The notes under the pieces are model-generated. The model did not search any database. It was not told where the DNA came from and was given only the letters and a program-made list of their open reading frames with translations. The position numbers and the translations under genes are program-made. A stretch of DNA of 54,969 nt from an uncultured bacterium (GTDB lineage: Bacteria; Chloroflexota; Dehalococcoidia; Lucifugimonadales; UBA3495), in the NCBI GenBank assembly GCA_963997925.1, contig CAXEOX010000006.1, positions 1 through 54,969 of the forward strand, written 5' to 3'. Positions 17,375-27,718 of this stretch are shown here, piece by piece (position 1 is the first letter of the stretch; every line of letters starts with the position of its first letter).

Positions 17375-19990
17375 TTACTTGGGTAGGTAGCTGTAGTATT
17401 CAGACTTGTACCAATCGGTATCGAGGTCACGGAACAGCATGTAGCCCAAGATCTTCGCCCATTTTTCTTTGCTTGTGGCTGCCTGGCCGAAATAACGGAA
17501 ATCCTCACCGAACTGTTTTCCGCTGGGAATGCCGCGCAATCCCCACTGGAATCCCTCATCCTGACGGTTCTCATGGGGGCGCCGGTAGGTTTCCGGAAAC
17601 CACAGTAGGTCCAAGAACGGCCCATGTCTCTGAAATTTCATCAACGAAGTGGTGCTGCTCAGCTTATGCGCCTTCGTCAGAAGCAAAGCTCGGGATTCGG
17701 TGTCGTCCGACGCGGGATCGCAACCGGAATTCCAACCTTCATCCCCTTCGGCCTTGAAGCAGTTGAACCTGACGGTGTTGTTGTCCTGCTCTTTCCGCAC
17801 GTACCACTGGAACGGATACCACATGTCGTAGTCCACCAGGACAGATGGTTCGGAGCCCGGTGTTTCGGGCAGTGCTTTTTCTTCCAGTTTTCTGAATGTG
17901 ACCGGTAGGTCGGCACTGCCTTGGGCGTATACAAGAATCTCTTTGTTTGAATCGTCGAAGGTGTAAGCGGCTCTCGTGGCCGCCACCGTTCCGAACCCCA
18001 ACAACAACACGGCGACTCCCAGTCCGGCCAGGGCGCCTCCAGCTGGTTTGGGGGCAGTCCGAATCAGATAAGCCGCAGCCAAGGCCACCAGAGCGGTGAC
18101 TGCGACGACCATCCATTGTCCGCCGAGGAAGCTCCCTTGTGAAGTGACTAGCTTAAATACCAGAAAGACCGCCGACACCACGACGGCAGACGGCAATACC
18201 AACAATAAGACTTGGCCCCGGCGTAGAATGTCCCTCCACCGGACCCTCTCCACCAGGTCGCCCAGATACTTGCCGGACAGCAGAATGAATGGGAGGGTCA
18301 CGTTGACCAGCAACCATGGCATCTTCTCCGAAGCTAAGGTATAGGCCATGAAGGTCAGTGCGGCCCAGGCAGCCAACACCAAGCCGAAAACATCTCCCTT
18401 CTTCAAGAAATAGATGGCTCCGGCAATCCCGAACACCGCCGGTAACAGCTCGTACACGGAGAGACCGACGAAGTAGTAATACCAGGGCTGATTTCCCCGG
18501 GCCACATCCTGCTGGGCGATCCAGTAGCCCATGCCCAGCCAGGAGCCGCTGAATATCCCGGCGATGTTGCTGAATATAGTGGTGTAAAGGGTCGTCCAGA
18601 TAAAGTAGAAAATGCCTGCGCAGTACAACCAGCGAGCCCCCAGCCAACGCACTCCCAGATAGGCGGATATCGCCAGGGAGCCAAGAAGGAGCCCGCCGGC
18701 CACCAGGAAGTTGACTGGGATGGCGTTGGCGTTGGCGTCGACGTTGATTCCGGTCGGGAGAACATCGTGTAGCACCGAACTTACATCTATCACAGGCGTG
18801 AACACAGACAGGTAGATGGATCCGGCCACGACGGGGACCGATACAAGCAGCACTCCGCGCTTCCATTGATACTTGAGGGCCACCATGGCTGCCACGCCCA
18901 TGCCTATCATTATGACGGTGATTGCCAGGTCGCCCATCACCGCAACATCGATGGGTGAGGAGGCGGCGATCGGGCGGAATAGGATAACCACTGTGGCGGC
19001 AAGGGAGACCAAGGGTACGGCTATCCCCATAGCCGCCCTAGGAGAAGGCCGCCGGTTGAGGATCCCGAGCACGCCAAGAAGTATCGCGGCGGACAGGCCA
19101 TGGAACCACCAAGCTGCCTGATAAACCGGCAGGGCTACGAAGGGAGAACCCCAGTGGGGGGCCCCAATGATGCCTTGTGAGATTCCATTCGGGTTCGTCA
19201 AAGTCAATCCTAGAGCATCTTGGGCTAAACCGGTGATGGCCATCCACTGGGGGAGCGTTAAGGTGATTAACAGAAGGAAGAAACCGGCCGGACCGGTTAG
19301 CTGGGACAGCCTGATTCGCCCCAAGGCGGTGGGGGCCAACTCGGGCGCAGCCAGAAGGAACATTATGCCGCCATAAATCAGCACAATCATGTAGGCGGTC
19401 TCTTTGCTGGCGAACATGAAGGCCAACACCGCTGCCGACCAGTACAAGTAACGATCTTTTCCCTCGTGGAGATAGCGCCACATCAAAACAAGCAGTGCGG
19501 TAGCAAAGAACGCCATCAGGATATCGTTGCGCCCGAAGCGGCTGAAGTACAACAGTGATGGCGACAAGGTCAGCATCACCGACGCGATCACGGCTCCGGA
19601 CCGTCCGATGTGGTCTCGTAGGAAGTAGGGCAGCCCCACCAAGGCCGTCCCAAACAGGACGTAGGCCAAGCGCGCGGTGAATTCGGTGTCCCCCAAGATG
19701 GCAAAGATTAAGGCGGTGAGTTCAACTTGGAACGGGCCGTGCATCCAGGGCGAGTGGATGAACTCTTTGCCTTGGGAAAGTTTCCACGCGAAATGGACGT
19801 GGATGGCTTCGTCGTAGTGCATCGTGCGGCCGTCCAGTTCCCAAAGCCGCAGAACCAGGGCCACCAATGCCAATAGCAAGAAAGCCCCAAAGAACCAACC
19901 GGGACGCCATCCAGGCCACAGAGCGATCCACTGCCGCCACGCTAATTGTTGTGTTGGGTTGCCTAGGATCAACCTAATCTCCTCCCTCAA
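17375..19990 (-). CDS. GT-C-like membrane protein, TIGR03663/Agl23-type
   Basis: HYDEAIH, PWMHGP, YFSRFGRND, KE, EKMPWL, YAQ motifs. Many TM segments. Confidence 0.78.
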   Translation of the reverse strand: MREEIRLILGNPTQQLAWRQWIALWPGWRPGWFFGAFLLLALVALVLRLWELDGRTMHYDEAIHVHFAWKLSQGKEFIHSPWMHGPFQVELTALIFAILGDTEFTARLAYVLFGTALVGLPYFLRDHIGRSGAVIASVMLTLSPSLLYFSRFGRNDILMAFFATALLVLMWRYLHEGKDRYLYWSAAVLAFMFASKETAYMIVLIYGGIMFLLAAPELAPTALGRIRLSQLTGPAGFFLLLITLTLPQWMAITGLAQDALGLTLTNPNGISQGIIGAPHWGSPFVALPVYQAAWWFHGLSAAILLGVLGILNRRPSPRAAMGIAVPLVSLAATVVILFRPIAASSPIDVAVMGDLAITVIMIGMGVAAMVALKYQWKRGVLLVSVPVVAGSIYLSVFTPVIDVSSVLHDVLPTGINVDANANAIPVNFLVAGGLLLGSLAISAYLGVRWLGARWLYCAGIFYFIWTTLYTTIFSNIAGIFSGSWLGMGYWIAQQDVARGNQPWYYYFVGLSVYELLPAVFGIAGAIYFLKKGDVFGLVLAAWAALTFMAYTLASEKMPWLLVNVTLPFILLSGKYLGDLVERVRWRDILRRGQVLLLVLPSAVVVSAVFLVFKLVTSQGSFLGGQWMVVAVTALVALAAAYLIRTAPKPAGGALAGLGVAVLLLGFGTVAATRAAYTFDDSNKEILVYAQGSADLPVTFRKLEEKALPETPGSEPSVLVDYDMWYPFQWYVRKEQDNNTVRFNCFKAEGDEGWNSGCDPASDDTESRALLLTKAHKLSSTTSLMKFQRHGPFLDLLWFPETYRRPHENRQDEGFQWGLRGIPSGKQFGEDFRYFGQAATSKEKWAKILGYMLFRDLDTDWYKSEYYSYLPK

Positions 19991-22394
19991 ACTCGGTATT
20001 CACCTTGTAGATAACTACGCCGTCCTGGTCGAAAACGGTTTCCAAAAGACCGTCCAGGTGCGGCAAACGCAATCCGCCGTAAGAAGATATTTCCCTGTGG
20101 CCAAAGTATACGTAGGTTACGCCGTACTTTTTCAAAAGACGACCCACTTCGTGCGGGTCGTCACTTTGGTAAATCTTGGTGATGTCCTCATCCCGGCCAT
20201 CCAAGAGCCCGCTGCCGCCCCTCCATTGGAGTTCATGGCCTTTCCATCCCAGGACGGTGGGTAGACCGGTGCTTCCGGAGATTCTACCGTATTCGGAGTA
20301 GTCGTCGCCAACCGCCTCCACGATGCGGCCCCAAGGCGCTTGATCTCGCAGCCATTCGATCGCTGCGTATTCCCCTTGATTGGCGTCGGCGACGAATGCG
20401 AGACCGTCCAGTGTGTTGTCGGAAAACGTATGCCGCTCACCGGCGATTCCAGTACGGTCAAGGACCGCTGCTAGAGGATAGTAGGCCGAGGCCAACAGGA
20501 GTACCGCTAGGACGCCGGTCCAGGCGTAACGTCCCGATCGCACTGCCCGTCTAACTACGACGGGAGCAACTGGTTGACGGTTTGTTGTCTCGGGCTCGAC
20601 CGACACTCTGCTATGAGAGAACCAGAAATACAACCCGTATGCCCCGGCAACCGCCAGCAAAAGCCAAGCCTGATAATACACCTTGAACACGGTGTTCATG
20701 CGGTTTCCGAAGGAGTCGGCGACGAAATATAGTTCAACTCCTACCAGAAGATAGAACGCGGTTGCTAGCAACAAGAGGGGAAATGCCACCACTTGGTCCC
20801 GTCTCAGGAGGATGCGCTGAGTCGCGCTGGCGCCGGCTAGAACCACAATGGCCAGTCCGGGCAATACAAACAATGTCCTTGTAACGAGCTTGGTTATCGC
20901 TGCGGTGGCTCCATCGCTAAATGCCGTGACGATTAGCACGATGGCCGTCCATACGGCTAACGGCAGGAGAGCAACAACTAAGATTAGCAGCACGGCTGGG
21001 GCTTCCCGCAGGGATGGCCGGGATAACCCGCCGGTTTGGCGAAGAACGAAGGATGCACTCAGGAACAAAAACAGGCCCATAACGAGCAAGAAAGAGATTG
21101 GCCGGGAACCTACGCCGGTGAGTGGGAGGATGCCCGATACTTGACCTCCCAGCGTTTGGTAGAAGGGAAAGAACAAAATTACCGCAACAGCTAGGATGGG
21201 AATGAGCATGAATGCGGATCGTACGGAGGCCGCCGGTAGGTTTCCTTGATTCTGCCCGTAGGCCCTGAGCAGCACCGTGATGGACAGCAAGGCGGCGAGC
21301 AATGGAAAGTCCCAGGTGTTGATGAATGCCAACGATCCGATAATCAGGGCGATGGCCCCTGATTCAACCGGGTGCCGCCAAAGCCAAGCCGGACCGAACT
21401 TGCCGGGGGATAAGAAGAGATTTAGGGATATGGACAGCCCCAGAATCACGAAGGGCAGGCTGACCACATGGGGGTGGAGATCTCCCAGCAGAAAGCTGAA
21501 CATGGGGAATTCGGTGATGGTGTAGTCCAGGCTCTGTCCGCCCGAGAGGGTGTCTATCACCCGAGTCGCCCGCCACCACCACCAGAAGTCGTTGGGGAAG
21601 GCGCTGGAACCGGTCGCGCCCGCCTCCAAGCCTTTGACCCCAGCCCATGTCCAGAATCCATCCCCGCCCCAGCCCAAGGCATGGATGAACTCCAACGCGC
21701 CTTCTAGATTCCCGGCTAAAAGTAGCAGGGCCGGGGCCATGAGCCCGAAACCCAGAGCCGCCTTGCGGCTGCCTCCGGAAAGCCGGATGAGATTGTTGAC
21801 CAGTCCAAACGCTCCCATCGCCGCCATCGCTGGCACCAAGGACACCGATAGGTTGTAGCCGATGTTGGAAGCGATCCCAGTGATGTGGGTCAAGAACGCC
21901 ATGGTGAAGTGGCCGAAGTAATAGTAGCTGATGGATTGTCCTGCCAACCACGGGTCTTCCACCGGGAAGAACCGGCTCTGGAGCACTGCGTTCAAAAACG
22001 CAAAGTCCATGGGTTTCTCGGTGTGGCTGATGGACGGGATTTCGGAGACAATCAAAGCCCACAAGATGAAGAAGCCCAGGAAAATCCCTTCCGCCGCCAG
22101 CAACCAGGGCCATTCCCTTCGCACAAAAGCCAGCATCGATTCCCGGTTGCGCCAGATAATCAGAAATGCGATCAAGCCGCCCAATACCAAGATTCCCAAG
22201 ATTGTGGCTCTGGTATTCGGTGCGATGTGGCTGAGCCCCAGAACCCACAAGAGATAGGACCCTAGAATCAACGCTAGAGGTTTGGCAAGCGTGTATCCAC
22301 GGTCGGGAAGTCTATGGAATAGAACGAAGCCCAAGGGCAAGGCCAAGAGGCCCAGAAGCTCGATGGACAGGAGCCATATTAGAGCGTCAACCAA
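19974..22394 (-). CDS. DUF2298 (Chlor_Arch_YYY) membrane protein
   Basis: EKPMDFAF, DPWLAG..ISYYYFG, ITEFP.FSFLLGDLHPH, NTWDFP, RMNTVFKVY, TGLPTVLGW.GHE.QWR. Confidence 0.85.
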   Translation of the reverse strand: MVDALIWLLSIELLGLLALPLGFVLFHRLPDRGYTLAKPLALILGSYLLWVLGLSHIAPNTRATILGILVLGGLIAFLIIWRNRESMLAFVRREWPWLLAAEGIFLGFFILWALIVSEIPSISHTEKPMDFAFLNAVLQSRFFPVEDPWLAGQSISYYYFGHFTMAFLTHITGIASNIGYNLSVSLVPAMAAMGAFGLVNNLIRLSGGSRKAALGFGLMAPALLLLAGNLEGALEFIHALGWGGDGFWTWAGVKGLEAGATGSSAFPNDFWWWWRATRVIDTLSGGQSLDYTITEFPMFSFLLGDLHPHVVSLPFVILGLSISLNLFLSPGKFGPAWLWRHPVESGAIALIIGSLAFINTWDFPLLAALLSITVLLRAYGQNQGNLPAASVRSAFMLIPILAVAVILFFPFYQTLGGQVSGILPLTGVGSRPISFLLVMGLFLFLSASFVLRQTGGLSRPSLREAPAVLLILVVALLPLAVWTAIVLIVTAFSDGATAAITKLVTRTLFVLPGLAIVVLAGASATQRILLRRDQVVAFPLLLLATAFYLLVGVELYFVADSFGNRMNTVFKVYYQAWLLLAVAGAYGLYFWFSHSRVSVEPETTNRQPVAPVVVRRAVRSGRYAWTGVLAVLLLASAYYPLAAVLDRTGIAGERHTFSDNTLDGLAFVADANQGEYAAIEWLRDQAPWGRIVEAVGDDYSEYGRISGSTGLPTVLGWKGHELQWRGGSGLLDGRDEDITKIYQSDDPHEVGRLLKKYGVTYVYFGHREISSYGGLRLPHLDGLLETVFDQDGVVIYKVNTEFEGGD

Positions 22395-22463
22395 AGCGCG
22401 TTTATGAAGGCCTATTTAATGGTCTTTAATCGACCGTTGATAGTAGAATGCCAGAAGCCTGGC

Positions 22464-23420
22464 TTAGGAAACTGGAGCTAGCAAAGCGTCAACGAAGTCC
22501 TTGGTATCGAAGGGCGCCAAATCTTCCAGACCCTCTCCAGTCCCGATGAAGAGAATCGGCACCTGTAGCTCTTGCTTGATAGCAAGGACGATTCCGCCCC
22601 GGGCAGTTCCATCCAGCTTGGACAGGAAGATACCGGTACAGTTCACCGTGTCTTTGAACGACTTGGCCTGGGCGAGACCGTTATGCCCTGTCGTCGCGTC
22701 CATGGTCAGGATGACTTGGTGAGGGGCTGTCGAGTCCAACCGCTGCAGAACCCGGTTGATTTTCCGAAGTTCTTCCATCAAGTTGGACTTGGTGTGCAAT
22801 CGTCCGGCAGTGTCGATAATCAGCACGTCGGCTCCCCGGGCTTTGCTGGCCTGGTAGGCATCGTAGGCAACTGCGCCGGGGTCGGCCCCGGAACCGTGGC
22901 CAATGACATCTACGCCCACCCGCTCTCCGAGAATCTCCAACTGCTCTTCCGCTGCGGCGCGGAAAGTATCTGCTGCGCCGAGGATGACCTTTTTGCCGGC
23001 CTTCGTGAAATGGTGCGCCAATTTGGCGATGCTGGTGGTCTTGCCAACCCCGTTGACCCCCACCATCAATATCACGTAGGGAGAAGCGTCGACAGTGGAA
23101 TCCATCCATGGATCGCTGGACTCGCCTTCGTCCAAATCGCGCACCAGCGACTCTTTCAGAATCTCGAAAACCTGGTCCGGGTCTTCCAGTTTCTCGTCTT
23201 TGACCCTGGTTTTGAGTTCCTCGATGATTCTCATGGAACCGTCCACTCCCACGTCGGAAGAGATGAGTATCTCCTCCAGTTCCTCCCAGACAGAGTCATC
23301 CATCCGGGATGAGCGGAGCACGCCCAGTATCCGTCCGAACCAACGGTCCCGGCTCTTCTGAACCACGTCCTCGGTCTGCTTTTTATTTTCGTCGCGATTT
23401 CTTTTAAAGATTCTGAGCAT
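22464..23420 (-). CDS. ftsY: Signal recognition particle receptor FtsY
   Basis: [30 protein letters not shown]. Confidence 0.96.
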   Translation of the reverse strand: MLRIFKRNRDENKKQTEDVVQKSRDRWFGRILGVLRSSRMDDSVWEELEEILISSDVGVDGSMRIIEELKTRVKDEKLEDPDQVFEILKESLVRDLDEGESSDPWMDSTVDASPYVILMVGVNGVGKTTSIAKLAHHFTKAGKKVILGAADTFRAAAEEQLEILGERVGVDVIGHGSGADPGAVAYDAYQASKARGADVLIIDTAGRLHTKSNLMEELRKINRVLQRLDSTAPHQVILTMDATTGHNGLAQAKSFKDTVNCTGIFLSKLDGTARGGIVLAIKQELQVPILFIGTGEGLEDLAPFDTKDFVDALLAPVS

Positions 23421-23493
23421 GGAGTGATGGAATCCTCGTCTAATTACCAGTTGTTGGAGTGACCGATTGCTGGCGATGGGTTTTATAGCTTTC

Positions 23494-24228
23494 TTAATCT
23501 TCTGATGCGCCAGGAATTGGGAAGGTCCTGCTCAAGGCGTCTCGGGCGGCGGCCTTTTCAGCGTCGGAGCGCCGCCCCCCCTGGCCGGTGCCGGAGACCT
23601 CTCCATCGACCAGAACCTCGACGGTGAAAAGAGGGTTATGGTCCGGTCCTTCGCTGGACGCCAGACGGTACTTGGGAGTGGATAGGCCGATGGCTTGGAC
23701 GCGTTCTTGAAGTCCGGATTTGGGGTTATCGGGAGGGGCGCCTTGCAGGGAGATCTGCTCCAGTTCCGGGTCCAATTGTTGGGCCACGAAGCAGCTTGCC
23801 TGTTCGTAACCTTGGTCCAGATACACCGCCGCCACCACCGCCTCAAAAGCTGCCGCAAGGATGGAATCCCGCTGGCGGCCTCCCGTGGTCTCCTCGCCTT
23901 TGCCCAGCAGGATGAAATCCCCTAGGTTCAGACGACGGGCCACTTTAGCCAAGCTATCACCCCGTACTAGAGATGACCGGAGCTTGGTCAGGTCTCCTTC
24001 GTTAAGGAGCGGAAAACGCCGGAATAGCTCCGTCGAAACGGTTAGCTCCAACACGGCGTCTCCTAAGTATTCCATACGCTCGTAGGAATCCTCAGGCTGC
24101 CCCCCCTGTTCGTTCAGGAGGGACCTATGGACTAAAGCTTGCTGCAACAGCGCCGGGTCTCGAAACTTCAAGCCCAAAGCGGATTCCAGGCGCTGTCCAG
24201 TCAAAAGCTCTTCCTTAGAGGACCCCAT
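23494..24228 (-). CDS. rnc: Ribonuclease III
   Basis: ERMEYLGDAVL signature and C-terminal dsRBD. Confidence 0.95.
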   Translation of the reverse strand: MGSSKEELLTGQRLESALGLKFRDPALLQQALVHRSLLNEQGGQPEDSYERMEYLGDAVLELTVSTELFRRFPLLNEGDLTKLRSSLVRGDSLAKVARRLNLGDFILLGKGEETTGGRQRDSILAAAFEAVVAAVYLDQGYEQASCFVAQQLDPELEQISLQGAPPDNPKSGLQERVQAIGLSTPKYRLASSEGPDHNPLFTVEVLVDGEVSGTGQGGRRSDAEKAAARDALSRTFPIPGASED

Positions 24229-24847
24229 GGGGCCAGGGCGGCTGCGGGCGCTTGAGTTCGCCCACGTGAACGAATTCGCTCATGGTTTTTACCAGTGAAT
24301 CGTATATCTCAGCGGCTTGCTCGTCCGGGGGAATGAACATCTTTAGGAAAGCAGCCTTGCCTTCCCCGAATACGAAGGTAGGCACTCCAAAGGCCCCAAC
24401 CTCTTCGATGGCCTTGGTGTGACTCTCGCCGATCTCTCGTAGCAGATCAGGATCGGACTGGTCCTCGCGGAAGCGGGCCATGTCCAAACCGGCTTTGATA
24501 GCGGCTTCTTCCATGACTGCCGGGTCGAGGAGGTCCTTTTTGTCTTCGTGACGAGCCTTGAGCAGGGTGATAAAGAAGGACTCAAAAGCCTCTTTGCCCT
24601 GGCGCTTGGCTGCCAGGCCGGACCGGTGAGCCAAGAACGTATGGTCAGAGCCGTCCAGATGTTCCGGCTGCTCCCATAGCTTGATGTCGTTCTCTTTGTC
24701 GCTGTTTACTTGGGACAAGGAGAAGGGCTGCCAGTCGACTTCGACTGTTTCTCCTTTGGAATCCTCCACTTTTGCCAGCCACATGGCGGCATTGTACACG
24801 AAGGGTCAACGGAAATCGTAATAGGTCGTGAAATTAGCCTCTGCCAC
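24215..24847 (-). CDS. DsbA/Rv2466c-like thioredoxin-fold selenoprotein (210 aa, Sec at TGA 24808-24806)
   Basis: AGGAGGT SD, then GTG 24847: MAEANFTTYYDFR-TGA-PFVYNAAMWL, in frame with ORF 24799-24215. Has the GVPT cis-Pro loop and a C-terminal ELKR. Confidence 0.87.
24773..24791 (-). promoter_or_regulatory. SECIS-like hairpin (DsbA-like gene)
   Basis: mRNA UGCC-GCC-AUGU-GGC-(U)-GGCA, starting 15 nt after UGA. Confidence 0.65.
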
Positions 24848-24967
24848 GATATTACCTCCTGTTATTTTCGTGATTGGATTGTATCCATACCCTGTTCCGT
24901 TGTCAAAGCGTTAAATGCACGCTCCGAGGCCAGGAATCACGAGTTTGCATGCTATAATACGGCGAAT

Positions 24968-26287
24968 ATGAGGCCCTCCACGCCGAATCCCCTTCACATC
25001 CATTCCCCCCTTGATGCTGTCTTGCGCAGCTTAACCGGCGCTAGCCTTGCCGTCCTCCTGAAACTAAGGGAAATCGCCCTTGAACAGATGCTTCCGTTGT
25101 ACCTTGTGGGGGGTCCGGTGCGGGACGCTTTGATGGGAATGCCCATCAAAGATCTGGACTTTGTTTTTGAGGGAGACGCGCCGTCGTTGGCCGCCAGATT
25201 GGCGGAAGAGATGGACGGCCGGTTGGTGGTTCACCCTACTTTTGGGACCGCATCCGTGCTTATCGAGGATGCCACCGTTGATGTGGTGACGGCCCGGCGG
25301 GAAACCTATCCCAGTCCCGGCGCCCTTCCCCAAGTGACGCCCTCCGGTATCGACGACGACTTAGCCCGGCGTGACTTCACCATAAATGCGATGGCCTTAC
25401 CGTTGGTTCAGGTGCATCCCCAAGTCTTGGATCCTCATGCCGGCATCGACGACCTGCAGGATGGAGTGGTCCGCATCCTGCACCCCCGAAGCTTCGTAGA
25501 TGACCCGACCCGCCTGATGCGTGCTGCGCGATACGAGCAGCGCTTCGGCCTTCGTATCGAAGAGGATACTCTAAGGGAAGTACAACAAGCAGTCGCCGAT
25601 AACTGTCTTTCTACTGTAAGTGGGGACCGCTTGCGCCACGAACTGGAGAGGATGTTTGAAGAAGAGCATCCGGAACTGGCGCTGGGCCGGTCTGTTGGGT
25701 TGGGTATCCTGTCTGTAATCCATCCTTCTCTTACCGATGCAAAAACGATAGAACGATTCGGGGCACTCGCCCAGGAATCGAGCGGTGAGCCAAGCACGGG
25801 TCAACGCTCGGGGGGCGCTTCGCTGCTTTCTAACTTGGCAGCTTTAACTTACACTTTGACGGTGGGTGATGCCGAAGGTGTGATTAGCCGTCTGAACATG
25901 CCCTCTGATTGGGCTAGGGTGGTTCGGGATGCAGTCGAACTAAGGCAACTGGAGCCAGGATTAGCAGACCCATCTCTTCTGGACTCCCAGTTGGTTGAAA
26001 TGGTTGAGGATTACGCCGAAGACTCCTTGATCGCGGTGGCAAAAGTGACAGGATCGTCGATGGCGGCGGAGCGGTTGGGAAGGTACCTTGAAGAATTACG
26101 GCATCTGTCTCCGGTGCTGGACGGAAGGGATCTGATGGCGTTGGGTGTTCAAGAAGGTCCCGTGATGGGTAGGATACTCAAAGAACTGAAAAACGCTAAG
26201 TTAGACGGAAGGGTTAGCGACGCCGACGACGAAAGGCGGCTGGCCCTGGAATTCCTGGCTCAAGGAGAGCAGATTGGCATCGAATGA
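24968..26287 (+). CDS. cca: Class II tRNA nucleotidyltransferase (CCA-adding family)
   Basis: GGPVRD..DLDF, ARRETY, RRDFTINA, DDPTRLMRA. The start is uncertain; an extended -10 TGCTATAAT lies just upstream of ATG 24968. Confidence 0.85.
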   Translation: MRPSTPNPLHIHSPLDAVLRSLTGASLAVLLKLREIALEQMLPLYLVGGPVRDALMGMPIKDLDFVFEGDAPSLAARLAEEMDGRLVVHPTFGTASVLIEDATVDVVTARRETYPSPGALPQVTPSGIDDDLARRDFTINAMALPLVQVHPQVLDPHAGIDDLQDGVVRILHPRSFVDDPTRLMRAARYEQRFGLRIEEDTLREVQQAVADNCLSTVSGDRLRHELERMFEEEHPELALGRSVGLGILSVIHPSLTDAKTIERFGALAQESSGEPSTGQRSGGASLLSNLAALTYTLTVGDAEGVISRLNMPSDWARVVRDAVELRQLEPGLADPSLLDSQLVEMVEDYAEDSLIAVAKVTGSSMAAERLGRYLEELRHLSPVLDGRDLMALGVQEGPVMGRILKELKNAKLDGRVSDADDERRLALEFLAQGEQIGIE

Positions 26288-26492
26288 AGAATTGGAACCG
26301 GAGTCCTGCGTCATCTGCGGCGATGATCTGGATGGGGTTCACCAAACTTCCTGCCAGATGTGCGGCGGGAAGTTTCACCAACCTTGGAGCCACGATAGCG
26401 ACATTCCCCAGTGCGGCCGCCTGGGCAGTCACGAAGAGGCCCTGGCTATTGTGTTCCTTTGTGATGACTGCTACTTTGGCCGAAGACCCTAA
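26274..26492 (+). CDS. Small Cys-rich putative zinc-finger protein
   Basis: CxxC-x11-CxxC-x4-H-x11-C-x15-CxxC. GGAG SD. Overlaps the end of cca. Confidence 0.7.
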   Translation: MASNEELEPESCVICGDDLDGVHQTSCQMCGGKFHQPWSHDSDIPQCGRLGSHEEALAIVFLCDDCYFGRRP

Positions 26493-26526
26493 TATCTCGT
26501 TCAATGTAACGTGGAATCCCCCTGCG

Positions 26527-26564
26527 TGAGTCCTTCGACAGACTCAGGACAGGCTTGTCGAACC
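26527..26564. repeat. Short palindromic intergenic repeat (CCTTCGACA..CTCAGG / CTTGTCGAA type)
   Basis: TGAGTC/GACTCA and TTCGACA/TGTCGAA complementary segments. Confidence 0.5.
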
Positions 26565-26605
26565 GCCCCTGCAAAGACTTCTAGTAGGTATGGAGACGCT
26601 TTTTT

Positions 26606-27643
26606 ATGCAAGCTGTATATATAGAGGCCCACGGAGGGCCAGAAGTTCTGACCCACGCCGAACGGCCCGAACCGGCCGCCCAACCGCATCAAGTAAAGAT
26701 ACAAGTAGGCGCGTCAAGCCTTAACCGGCTGGACCTTTATACCCGGAACGGTGACCGAGGTCTGAGCCGGGAGTTCCCCCCGCCGTTGATTCTAGGCGGC
26801 GACTGCTCCGGACAGATCGTTGAAGTAGGCGGAGATGTCCGCGGCCTCAGCGTGGGCGACCGGGTAGTCGTTAACCCCAAGATTACCTGCGGCCAGTGTC
26901 AGGCATGCCTGGCCGGCCATGACGACCTCTGCCCCCGCCCCCAGTTCATGGGCAGCGCCATCGACGGCAGCTACGCTGAATTCGTTTCAGTCCCCGCATC
27001 CAATGTTCACACCATTGCCGATGATGTCACCTACGAAATGGCAGCTGCCGTTCCCACGACTTATTTGCCGATGTGGAACATGCTCCAACGTAAGATTCAG
27101 CTCAAGCCCTGGGAAACAGTGCTGGTGTTGTCGGCTTCCGCCGGTGTGGGCACTGCTGCTATCCAGGTGGCATCCAAGGCTATCGGCGCCCGGGTTATCG
27201 CTACTACCAGCACCGCCGAAAAAGCGGCCAAGGCTAAAGAGTTGGGTGCGGACGAGGTCATCAATTACAACGAAGAAGACATAACTGAACGGGCCAGGGA
27301 ACTCACGGGCGGAAGGGGCGTTGACGCGGTGGTTGACCACGTGGGCGCGGACTTTTTCCCCAAGGCTTTCAGTTCCCTGCGGGCGGGCGGACGATATGGC
27401 ATCTGCGGCGCCACCACCGGCCTGCGCACCGAGCTACACCTGGGCCTATTGTTCAGCCGCCAGATCGAGATGTACGGCATCTTCATGGGAACCAAGCAGG
27501 ACATGCACGAAATCACGTCGACGCTTAACCGGGGAGTCATCCACCCGGTGGTCCACCAAGTATATCCCCTGGCTGAAGCCGCCGCCGCTCACCAGGCGAT
27601 GGAAGGGCAGAACTTCTTTGGGAAGCTGGTGCTGAAGCCGTAG
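26606..27643 (+). CDS. Zinc-binding alcohol dehydrogenase/quinone reductase (MDR family)
   Basis: GGPEVL, structural Zn CGQCQAC...C, ASAGVG, FFGKLVL. Confidence 0.9.
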   Translation: MQAVYIEAHGGPEVLTHAERPEPAAQPHQVKIQVGASSLNRLDLYTRNGDRGLSREFPPPLILGGDCSGQIVEVGGDVRGLSVGDRVVVNPKITCGQCQACLAGHDDLCPRPQFMGSAIDGSYAEFVSVPASNVHTIADDVTYEMAAAVPTTYLPMWNMLQRKIQLKPWETVLVLSASAGVGTAAIQVASKAIGARVIATTSTAEKAAKAKELGADEVINYNEEDITERARELTGGRGVDAVVDHVGADFFPKAFSSLRAGGRYGICGATTGLRTELHLGLLFSRQIEMYGIFMGTKQDMHEITSTLNRGVIHPVVHQVYPLAEAAAAHQAMEGQNFFGKLVLKP

Positions 27644-27718
27644 ACATTCCGCCGCTGTATCGAGTTGTTGGGTAGTGCTTATCGCCGCATCGGGCTATCC
27701 CACCCATAGGAGACAAAT

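Noticed and set aside
24710-24967. N-terminal extension of cca given by the ORF track
   Set aside because: It overlaps the divergent selenoprotein gene and its promoter region. A -10 element just before ATG 24968 favours the shorter start.
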